DNA of 32,000 nt. Origin: Candidatus Saccharimonadota bacterium (lineage in GTDB: Bacteria > Patescibacteriota > Gracilibacteria > Absconditabacterales > Absconditicoccaceae). A program made the position numbers and the translations under genes. Each line of letters opens with the position of its first letter. The first letter of the stretch is position 1. This document shows, one piece after another, positions 9,307-18,489 of this stretch. Under the pieces are notes generated by a model, which had not been told where the DNA came from, made no database searches, and saw only the letters and a program-made list of their open reading frames with translations. The stretch is taken from contig CP006913.1 of assembly GCA_000503875.1 (NCBI GenBank), positions 360,001-392,000 on the forward strand, written 5' to 3'.

Positions 9307-10387
9307 TTAATCTTTTTTAGGAATTTCTATTTCAATAGATTCTCCTTTATTAGATTTTTTAGATTCTAGCCAAAATCTTGTGGGTTCTTTTCTATAGGTA
9401 TCAATATCTTTTGAGAGTTTAGAAATATTATTTTGAATTTCTTCTTGATCAGTAAAATCATCTTCAAAAATATAGGTTAAATTTTGATTATTAATTTCTC
9501 GATTGTATTTATCCATTAAGTCCTCGATTGTATTTATCCATTAAGTCCCAATATTGTTCTAAATATTTTTGTTTACTATATTCATTAGAGAAAGTGTTCT
9601 TTTGTAAAAGGAATAACTTTTCTTTAAGAAGAGTCAGTACTGATTCAAGTTCTATAACTTTATCAACAGAATTAAATACTCGCATAGTTCGTTCAGTGTT
9701 TTTATTTTCATTGATGATTTGATCTAGTCTGTTTAGATCATATTCCACATTTTTAGCAACGGGAGATTTTTCTTTAAATTGATTTTTGATTTCGGTATCA
9801 TTACGATCACCAATTTTTTTAAAAGATTCTTGTTCTCCCTCAGCAGTTTCATATTTTTTATAAGCAAAAGGTTCTCTGTTTTTTAAATATCATTTATCTG
9901 CTTGGTGAGTATAAGCCTCTAATTCCATAGGAGTAAGTGTTGATGATTCATATTTTATATAAGGAGAATCTCCATGTTTTTCTCTATATATCTTCATATC
10001 TTTTAATGTTTTTTTGAGCCAGGTAATAAACCCTCATAATTCTTTTTGTTGAGCTACATGGATACTTTCATGTTGCAATAATTGAGGATTAAATAAATCT
10101 GACTTATGTCCTACATAAACCGTATCTGATCGATATGCTCATCATCTAATATCATGAACTCAAGCCATTTCACAAAGAAGTTGTATAACTGGCGGTTTAA
10201 CACGAACCTTAATAGTGTTTTTGTGTTCGAGATCTTTTTCTAAAGTATCTATTTGATTGATAAATATATCTCTTTCTGTTTCAGAAAGGGAATTAAAAAT
10301 ATTTTTACTCAATACTTTCTTATAATGATCTAAATTATTGTTTTCTTTGCAATTTGATTTTGATATGGATGTTTTTTTATTAAACAT
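9307..10387 (-). pseudogene. DUF4157-type (putative Zn-metallopeptidase) domain protein with a coiled-coil tail, frameshifted by a 25-bp tandem duplication
   Basis: From the ATG at 10387: ...CEMA-G-VHDIR-G-G-AYRSDTVYVGHKSDLFNPQLLQHESIHVAQQKEL... matches the DUF4157 signature (...y.G......LLaHEltHVvQQ). The frame breaks at 9499-9548. 1081 nt minus 25 gives 1056 nt, 352 codons, which reconnects ...EQYWDLMDKYNR to EINNQNLTYIFEDDF... and ends at the TAA at 9307. Confidence 0.6.
9499..9548. repeat. Perfect 25-bp direct tandem duplication inside the DUF4157 gene
   Basis: tcgattgtatttatccattaagtcc occurs at 9499-9523 and again at 9524-9548. Confidence 0.9.
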
Positions 10388-10492
10388 AGTATGGGTGTTA
10401 TAATATAAATAAGCGGTTATAATTTGTGTAAAACTACGATAATATTATAAACAAAAATAAATAAAAGTCAATAAAATCAAATTTTAAAATAC

Positions 10493-10524
10493 TCCCTTGA
10501 TATTCAATCAATCTTTACTATAAA
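10493..10524 (+). promoter_or_regulatory. Sigma-70-like promoter for glyA
   Basis: tcccTTGATA (10497-10502), 16-nt spacer, tttacTATAAA (-10 at 10519-10524), 50 nt upstream of the ATG. It has the same flanking bases and spacing as 11898-11929. Confidence 0.45.
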
Positions 10525-10573
10525 AAATCAGATTCTAAATTATTGTAGCATTTTAATTTATAAATCAAAAGAG

Positions 10574-11863
10574 ATGTTTGATAATGTACAAAGAGAAGAC
10601 CTAACTGCTTATGAATTAATTCTTGCAGAACAACTTCGTCAATCTCAAGGAATGGAACTTATTGCGAGTGAAAATTATCAGTCGCCAGCAGTTTTAGAGG
10701 CACAATCATCTCATTTTGCCAACAAATATTCTGAAGGAACACCAGGAAGAAGATATTATGGAGGACAAGAAAATACAGATAAGATAGAACAGCTTGCTAT
10801 TGATAGAGCAAAGGCGATTTTCAAAGCAGATCATGCAAATGTTCAGGCCCTTTCGGGAGCTGCTGCAAACGTATGTGTATATGCAGCACTTATGGAACCA
10901 GGAGATACAATTCTTGGTATGGATTTGACTCACGGAGGACATTTGACTCACGGAGCACCTGTTACTTTTCTTTCCAAGGTATTTAATTTTCAAAGATACA
11001 AGACAAAACCAGATGGTAAAATAGATTTTGAGCAGGTACGCGCATTGGCACACGAATACAAACCAAAAATGATTTTGGCAGGGTTTAGTGCTTATCCAAG
11101 GGAATTGGAATACGAAAAATTTGCTGAAATAGCAAAAGAAGTAGGAGCAATAGCTTATGCTGATATTTCTCATATTGGAGGATTAGTAGCTGCAGGAGTT
11201 TTGAAAAATCCTTTGGATTATGGTTTCCATGCTATGATGACGACAACACATAAATCACTAAGATGACCAAGAGGAGCATTGATTTTGAGTAAAGGAACTG
11301 TTTCAAATCCACTCAAAAAACCAGAAGATACGATAGAAAATATACCAACCAGAATTGATAGATCTGTGTTTCCTGGTGTTCAGTGATGACCGCATATGAA
11401 TACTATCTGTGCTATAGCAGTAGCGCTTCATGAAGCTCAAACGCCAGCGTTTAAAGCATATGGAGAACAAACACTCAAAAACGCAAAAATATTAGCTCAA
11501 GAATTTTTGAACCGCTGATATAAACTGGTAACAGGAGGTACAGATAATCATATGATTATTGTAGATTTTTCTGGTACAGGATTAGATGGATCAATAGCAG
11601 AAAAAGCATTAGATAAAATTTGAATTTCAACATCAAAATCTACTATTCCAGATGATCCAAATCCACCATTCAAACCATCAGGACTGAGAATCGGTATGCC
11701 AGCAATGACTACAAGAGGAGTAAAAGAAGCTGATACACAAAAAATTGCTGATTTCATGGATCGTGCATTTAAAAATCATGAAAATGATGAGGCGTTGGAA
11801 AATATCAAACAAGAAGTGAAAGAATTCTGTAAAAAATTTCCAGTTCCTGGAATTGTAATATAA
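10574..11863 (+). CDS. glyA: Serine hydroxymethyltransferase
   Basis: ORF 10574-11266 continues: ...TTTHKSLR-G(TGA 11264-11266)-PRGALIL...FPGVQ-G-G(TGA 11384-11389)-PHMNTI... 1290 nt open when TGA=Gly, TAA at 11861-11863. Canonical SHMT PLP-lysine block. Confidence 0.95.
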
Positions 11864-11897
11864 AACACAAACATAACTTAAATAAAATGTCAATATA

Positions 11898-11929
11898 TCC
11901 CTTGAAAAACAAGGGTAATTTACTATAAA
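11898..11929 (+). promoter_or_regulatory. Sigma-70-like promoter upstream of the GHMP/wHTH gene
   Basis: tcccTTGAAA (11902-11907), 16-nt spacer, tttacTATAAA (-10 at 11924-11929). The -35 region overlaps a small hairpin cccttg-aaaaa-caaggg (11899-11915). Confidence 0.4.
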
Positions 11930-11982
11930 TGCAAAGCAATAGGGTGTAACTCTGGAATTTCTTTACCCGTTTATTGCTACTT

Positions 11983-13782
11983 ATGAACTCGAGAAATCTC
12001 AAAAAAACGTACTTTCATACCTATGAAAGTTTTTTTATCGAAAATAATGTTGTCGTATCAACGCCATTTGTTATGAATCGATCGGGTGATATACTCAATA
12101 ATTATTGTGGAATATGACTCAAACAACAACTTCCTTTGCGTATGTATATGGGGTATTCAAAGACTAATTCATGAACAATTACTATCAATAAAATGTATCA
12201 CCTAGAATTTCATGATTATACATTTATAGAAACCAATGCTTTGGAATATGCACCATATTTTAGCGATCTAAATAAATTTCTCCAAAAAAAATATAGTAAA
12301 CTTTGTGAAAAATATGGTGGTATAGAAATCAATATACTCTCGGAAGTACCAAGAGGTGTTTGACTTTGATTTTGATCTGTCTTGGCCTTGTTATTGGCAG
12401 TTTTGATGAATAGGTTAGAAGAAAATATAGATCATATTTTATTACAAGAATTAACTCAAAAGAATATTAATGAGCAACTAAGTGATCATTATTCGATTTT
12501 CTATAAAATGTTTTTGGATGCATTAGAATGTGATAAACATATTTATTGAATGACATCTTCTTGAAGTAAACTGGCATCATTTTTTTCTTCTTATTATCCT
12601 ATTGTATCTTTTTCTGAAGATTATGAAAAAAATATTTCACAAACAGATATTAAAAATCAGAGATATTTCTGATTTAAACTTAATGATCTTTATCCAGAAC
12701 TGAGAGAAATCCCTTACGTCCCAATTGATTATGGAATATTATATTCTGGTAAACCAGTTCTTCTAGAACAAATAGCAGGTGATAACTACAAGAATAATGG
12801 TGTTCTTGCACAACAAATTACCAATGAAATGCAACATCTTTTTGGTGACTTTTTGGATCACGTTTCTCCAAAACAAAGACCAAAATTTTATAAAGATCTT
12901 ATTGAACCTGGATATGATGAATATAATCATACTTATGGAAAAATGATGGGAATTATTAGTTTAAAAATGTTATATTTTATGTCTAAAGTATATCGTAATT
13001 GATATGATGAAACAAGTGTTTTTGCACTTCTTGATACATTTAAAAAATTAAGACAAGCTGATTGTGCAACCAGAGATAGTTCACATACTTTTTTAAGATG
13101 TATCAAAACAATGTTAGAAAAATTTCAGGGTTCTTCAAAATATATTTCAATAGCACCAAATGATACAACAATTATGTGATGATCACTAATATTTATGTTA
13201 CCATTGGAATGATTTAGAACATCAATTATGAATGTTGTTGATGCAATTAGCAAAGATTTTTCTTGATCCAAACTTTTGTATGCAAATCGATTAGATGGAC
13301 TAGCATATGAGTGATGTAAAATAGAACAAGATCTATCTAACAATAAATATTCTGAATTTCTTGATGGAAGAAATTGTATTATAAAACGAACAAATGGGAA
13401 AATTATAGTTTGAGACTGTGATAGGCTATTGGAAAATCAAAAGAAATGACTTCTTTTGGATACGTTAAATAATAGAATTTATTTGGAAGGTCAAAAGTTA
13501 ACTTCTCAAGACCTACATTCTCAGAGTGCAACTATAGAAATTTTGAAAATGTTATTAGAAAATCCTGGTAAGGAAATTAACAATAAAAATTTACCTCTTT
13601 CTAGTTATAGTAAAAATAAAAATGATATGCTAGGAAAAATTGTAGGTCCACTTCTTTCTCTCGTAGAAGAAAGAACATGAAAAAAACTACCTCTGATTTG
13701 TAAAGGTAGTCTCTATGATTTTACTATAAGATTAAATAATTCTGATATAGAAATGACTATTTTAAATCCACTTTCTGGATAA
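11983..13782 (+). CDS. Fusion protein: degenerate GHMP-kinase-like domain plus C-terminal OmpR/PhoB-type winged-helix DNA-binding domain
   Basis: 1800 nt open when TGA=Gly. N-terminal VVVSTPFVMNRSGDILNNYCG resembles GHMP motif I. EVPRGV-G-L-G-F-G-SVLALLLAVL (three TGA at 12361-12375) is GHMP motif II (PxGxGLGSS). TTIM-G-G-SLIFMLP is in the motif III position. The C-terminal LDTLNNRIYLEGQKLTSQDL..TIEILKMLLENPGKEINNKNL...MLGKIVGPLLSLVEERT-G-KKLPLICKGSLYDFTIRL follows the Trans_reg_C pattern. The start codon is uncertain (see findings). Confidence 0.6.
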
Positions 13783-13784
13783 TC

Positions 13785-14150
13785 CTAAGACATTCCTGGG
13801 ATACCTCCACCACCAAGCATATTTCCAATATTTGAAGGATCAAATCCAAGTACTTCCTTAGTTTTTTCTGCTGCTATTTCTTGCGCTTTATTTTGTGCTT
13901 TTTGAAAACAAGTAGTAATAAGAGCTTCCAATTGTTCTTTTTTTGCAGGATTAAGTAAATTAGTATCATTGATTTTTAAATCTCTGAGTTTCATTTCTCC
14001 TGAAATATCTATAACAACAGCATCTCCTTCATTACCTTCTGCATCAGTAAATTTTCCTTCTTTACCTCTAATAACAAGGTTTTTAAGAACATTTTGTAAG
14101 GTCTTGTATTTGTCATACATCTTTTTTAGTTCTCCAACTTTTCCAAACAT
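13785..14150 (-). CDS. ybaB: Nucleoid-associated protein YbaB/EbfC
   Basis: MFGKVGELKKMYDKYKTLQNVLKNL...VVIDISGEMKLRDLKIND...LEALITTCFQKAQNKAQEIAAEKTKEVLG...GGGIPGMS is the typical YbaB/EbfC architecture and length (121 aa). Confidence 0.8.
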   Translation of the reverse strand: MFGKVGELKKMYDKYKTLQNVLKNLVIRGKEGKFTDAEGNEGDAVVIDISGEMKLRDLKINDTNLLNPAKKEQLEALITTCFQKAQNKAQEIAAEKTKEVLGFDPSNIGNMLGGGGIPGMS

Positions 14151-14227
14151 TCGTTTAATTTATAGAGTAAAATTGATAATTATTTGCGAGGTAACTTGTA
14201 ATGAAATATCCACAAAAATCAAATATA

Positions 14228-15064
14228 TTATACTTTAATTCTTTTAACCATATTAAATCCATCAATCTGTGCTTGCTCATACATATATTCTGTAGAAACA
14301 CTAGAAATATGTTGATAATAAGGCGTAATAAAATGTACTGAAATATTATTTAAACCAGCTTCAGAAAGCATCGCTTTTACCCAAATTTCATACAAAGATC
14401 CAACATGTTGATCAATAACAATAATGAGATTTTCTGTCCTTTGCAAACTTTCCTTTAATGTATCTTTTATGATGAAAAACGGATTGGAACTTACAAAAAC
14501 ATCCATAGCATGTCATTCTTCTTGAAGATATCCAGCACCGTATAATGTATCTACCAAAAGTGATCAAAAACATAAAATAGTTCAGTTACTTCAACTATAT
14601 CCGTATTGTTGAAAACTTATACAACCAGTTTTACTTGCATCAACAGCAGGAAGTTGATCTTTCCATGATATATGTTCATTGAGTCTAATATAACAAGATG
14701 ATGTCATAGTAAAAAAATCAATTACTTGCTCTTGATATATTGGTTCAACTACTTGTAGTCAAAAATCTCTTGCTTTAGCAATATCTCGCATATCCCAAAA
14801 CCCTTTGTTTGCAAAACCTGGTACTCCACAACTAGGATTAATAAGTGTGGTTGTAGCTTTTCCTGTTTGAATCAAAGGGAAAAGAATATCTACAGGTGTT
14901 TTTGAAGAGACAATTAAAAGTTTTTTTTCTTGATGAGTATGGTGAGCTACTGCACCCAAAAAATCACCATCTTTTGAAGAAAAAGTAGGTTCAAATAACA
15001 AGACATCAAAATGTTTTTTTGCAGCAGAAATAAAAGCATCAGTAAATAAAAAATCACTAGTCAT
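14228..15064 (-). CDS. Divergent transketolase C-terminal-subunit-like protein (pyrimidine-binding plus C-terminal domains), probably catalytically degenerate
   Basis: ORFs 14759-15064 and 14228-14506 are in one frame; 837 nt when TGA=Gly. Block order DAFISAAKKHFDVLLFEP / FLGAVAHH...LLIVSS / TTLINPSCGVPG...WDMRDIAKARDF-G-LQVVEP / YIRLNEH / GTILCFGSLLVDTLYGAGYLQEEGHAMDVFVSSNPFFI...LIIVIDQH mirrors split-transketolase or E1-beta proteins. The usual AEQ and His residues are not evident. Confidence 0.45.
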
Positions 15065-15086
15065 AGAACAAAAATAGAAAATAAAA

Positions 15087-17543
15087 TTATTTCATCATGA
15101 GAGAATAATTAACCAAAAATTTAGCTATTTCTCCAAATATTTTACTCGCAGTTTGTGATCACCAAAGACTAGATCTTGGGCGACGAACTTGGATAATGAC
15201 TATGTATTTTGGATTATCTCTTGTAACAATTCATACGAAAGAAGCATTGGTCCAACCTAATCATTGTTGATATTTTCCTTTGTAAGAAATTTGTGATGTT
15301 CAACTTTTTCCTCATAAATTATAGCCTTCTACATGAGTAGCTGGTCTAAGTTCAGGATTTTGATCTAAGACATCAAAAAGAGCGTTTTTGAGAATTTCTG
15401 ATGTTTCCAATTTAAAAATCTGACTTAAAATTTGTTTTTGATTTGCTATGTAAGCATTATTTTTTTTATCAAAAATTCACTTTACAACAGTTGGTTTAAC
15501 GTAATATCATCAATTAATTAAAGGAGCATATCCAGCTGCTACTTGTAAAGGAGTAGTAAGTAATCACTGTCCAAAAGAATTATTGAGAAACCTAGAAAGA
15601 GCAACAGTAGAAGAGTTTTCGACAAATCATTCTGATTCTCAAGCAAGTTCTATATTCGTTAATTTTCCAAATCACAATTTATCAAGATAATTATAGAAAG
15701 ATTCTTTTCATATTCCAAATACTTTACCGGTACCATCTCCATAAGCAATTCTCACCATTCCAACATTACATGAATAAACAAAAGCATTAAGAAAGCTATT
15801 GTATCATCAGCAGTTTTTTGGGTCGGCATTTTTGATTTTATAAGGTCAAACCTTTACTTCATTAGTATCTTGATAAAAATCATATAAACTAATTTCATCT
15901 AAATCAGTACCTATTCCAACGGTAAATGCTTTGAAAATACTTCCTGGTTCGTAGGGCATAGAAATATTTTTATCTACAAACACTCTAGGTCAATACATAT
16001 TTTTGGCAATATACTTAGCAACAGTAATATCGGTTCTTTCACTAGTTGTTGCCAATCTATATGTTCCTCATGTTCATCACGTAAAAACATATATAGGGAC
16101 ATCTAAATATGTAAGATCATCAACAAGGTATTTGTTATCCCATCAAAGTGGCTTCAATTGAAAAGTAGAATTATAATCATTTGGATCAAATGAAGGGTAA
16201 TTAGCAGAAGCCTTAAGCGATCAGTCAAATGGATCGTAAACAAGGATACTTACAGAATCTGCTTTAAATTGTTCTTGATATTTTTTTGTTATCATTTCTA
16301 TTTCTTTTTGGATTCCGATATCGATAGTAAGATAAATATCATTTCCATCAATGACATTTTCTATTTGAAAATCATTTGCTCCAACATTTCAAATCCAAGA
16401 AGAAGAACGACCGATGATTTTTCAATCTTTACCACGTAACTGTGTATCAAAAAATTGTTCAATTCAATAAAATGCATTACCATTTTTATCTACCATTCCC
16501 AAAACATTAGACAAGAAAGATCAATATTCATAATACCTTTTGGTGTATGGTTCCAATCATAATCAATGAAATAAAGGGATTTTATCTCTATTACGAACCT
16601 GATAATATTGTATTTTAAGTTCCTTTATATCCTGAGCAATCATAGGATTCGCATCAGAAATCAATTTTACATATCTATTTTCTTGAACTTTAAAATATTT
16701 TTCTAAATTATCATATTGTCATATATATCCATACTTAGTAAGTAATGCTTTTAATGGCGTAATTTCCCTAGAAATACTTGCGACTTGTTTGGGTATAATA
16801 TAAACATAATTATTTCATTCTATAGAAATATAGTCTAAATTAGCTTTTCTAAGTTCTTGTAAAAATGCTTCGTTTGTAAAAAATCCAAGATAATTTTTAG
16901 TTCTAACTCCTATATAAATCATTTTATCTAATTGATCTTTTATAATTCAATAAGCTATTTCACGAGTAAATCAGGTTAGAACTTGTTCTATCTGTAAATT
17001 ATATCCTGTTCGATCATATTCCCAATATCAAGTAGTTACTATACCACTTCCATAATAAAAAAATTCTGGTTCTTTTGGAAGAATTGTTTTTTTTGTATAT
17101 AATTCTATATTTTTAATACAACTTTCTTTTGTGATTTGCTTCATTCCATACATCTCACATAGATGAGAATAGACTATAGGAGTAAGCGAATCAATAAAAC
17201 GAGGCTTGTCCCAAATAAATTTAGGATCAACAAAGACATTATACATAGTAATATTTTCTGTAAGTTGTACTGGTTTTCCAGATTTATCATAAGCAAAAAT
17301 ATTTCATCTTTTGGCTTTAAGAAGGGATTGACTCACATGTTGTTCACTAAGGAGATCTTCGTAGTAACTATGATTAAAAACTTGTAACCAAAATAATCTT
17401 ATAAAAAGTATAAAAAACAAAAATCCAAAAAAAAGGATCAAATAAAATTCTCTAGTTACCCTAATATGGTTCAACCAAGGAATTTTATCTAATTTTTTTT
17501 GAATATATTCATCTATATTTCTGTAACTATGGATATTCTTCAT
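15087..17543 (-). CDS. Class B penicillin-binding protein (FtsI/PBP2-type transpeptidase)
   Basis: ATG at 17543-17541; the ORF track starts one codon earlier at a TTG. TM anchor FYLILFFGFLFFILFIRLFWLQV and dimerisation-domain start KAKR-G-NIFAYDKSGKPV. Transpeptidase motifs PGSIFK (SxxK), SCN (SxN) and -G-KS-G-TS (KTG-type). 2457 nt open when TGA=Gly. Confidence 0.8.
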
Positions 17544-17569
17544 CAAGGTAATTAGGTAATAATTACTAT

Positions 17570-17597
17570 TAGCTATCAGCTATAAGCTATTAGCTGA
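17570..17597. repeat. Four tandem heptads tAGCTAT cAGCTAT aAGCTAT tAGCTGA upstream of the PBP gene
   Basis: Read directly from 17570-17597. It lies 27-54 nt upstream of the PBP start, next to the inverted repeat gtaatt-aggtaat-aattac (17549-17567). Confidence 0.5.
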
Positions 17598-17899
17598 TGA
17601 CAGTGTATGATTTTGTTTTTGTTTTTCAACGGTGATTTTATATCAAAACTAATATTGTATACTTTTTTCTAGTTTTGACAACGAGAATGCATCTATTGGT
17701 AGAGAAAAAAAAGGATTATTTTTATTGTTTTTTTTATAATATAACTTAGTTACGAAGCTACAAATCAATGATTTATATAAAAAAAATAAAAGAGTAAATA
17801 AAAATAGGTTCAAAAATGAAAGAATCTATTGAAAACACACACCTGTTCGATAACAATAGGGACGATACAAATCTTTTATTTTATTTTTTACAAAAACAC

Positions 17900-18319
17900 A
17901 TGAAAATGAAAAAAGTTTTGGGTAAATCTTTATTATTGGTTGCTGTTATGGCTATTGCGATAGCTGTTGGAGGATGAGCTTTTGCTCAGTTTTGAAATGT
18001 TGGTGAAGTTTGAGGTATACAGTGATTAGGAACAGATCAAGGACTTTGATGACCAAACTTATTAGACATTGCTAAAAGTTTTATTAACTGGATATTAGGA
18101 TTATTGTCTCTTATTGCTCTTGGTATGGCTCTTTATGGTGGTTTCCAAATGGTTACTGCTGCAGGAGATGATGGAAAATACAAAGAAGGATTCAAGGTTT
18201 TGAAACAAGCTGCTATTGGATTGATAGTTGTTGGATTTTCATGGATAATTGTAAGTTCTATTTTCTGGATTATTGGATGATTCCAAGGTTGAGGAACTCC
18301 TACAGCAAGTGGTCAATAA
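17900..18319 (+). CDS. TrbC/VirB2-like type IV secretion pilin of the kind common in CPR bacteria
   Basis: MKMKKVLGKSLLLVAVMAIAIAV... signal/TM segment, then ...FINWILGLLSLIALGMALYGGFQMVTAAGDDGKYKEGFKVLKQAAIGLIVVGFSWIIV. This is two TM helices around a conserved GG..KYKEG..VL loop, as in T4SS_pilin-type proteins. Eight in-frame TGA in 139 codons. An in-frame ATG at 17816 is an alternative start. Confidence 0.6.
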
Positions 18320-18332
18320 TATAATATATATA

Positions 18333-18363
18333 ATCTCTCATCTTCGGATGGGAGATTTTTTTT
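18333..18363 (+). terminator. Rho-independent terminator after the pilin gene
   Basis: atctctcatc-ttcg-gatgggagat followed by T8. Confidence 0.75.
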
Positions 18364-18489
18364 AAAGAAAAAATGTGTTTTCGAGTTGATTCACCAGGGG
18401 AAAAAGGTATAGTTAAATCATAAAAAATAAGGTAAGTAATTAAAGAAAACATTATATAGTAAAATTCTTCTTAAATCATAAATAAACTA

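Noticed and set aside
11899-11978. Known riboswitch downstream of glyA (glycine, THF or ZTP class). ctctggaa at 11950-11957 vaguely recalls the glycine riboswitch CUCUGGAGAG.
   Set aside because: The conserved cores of these classes as I remember them (for example ACCGAAGGGGCAA for glycine, or the ZTP pseudoknot GGGUCGUGACUGGCG...CCGCCUGGGCA) are absent. It is kept only as an unclassified leader structure in the findings.
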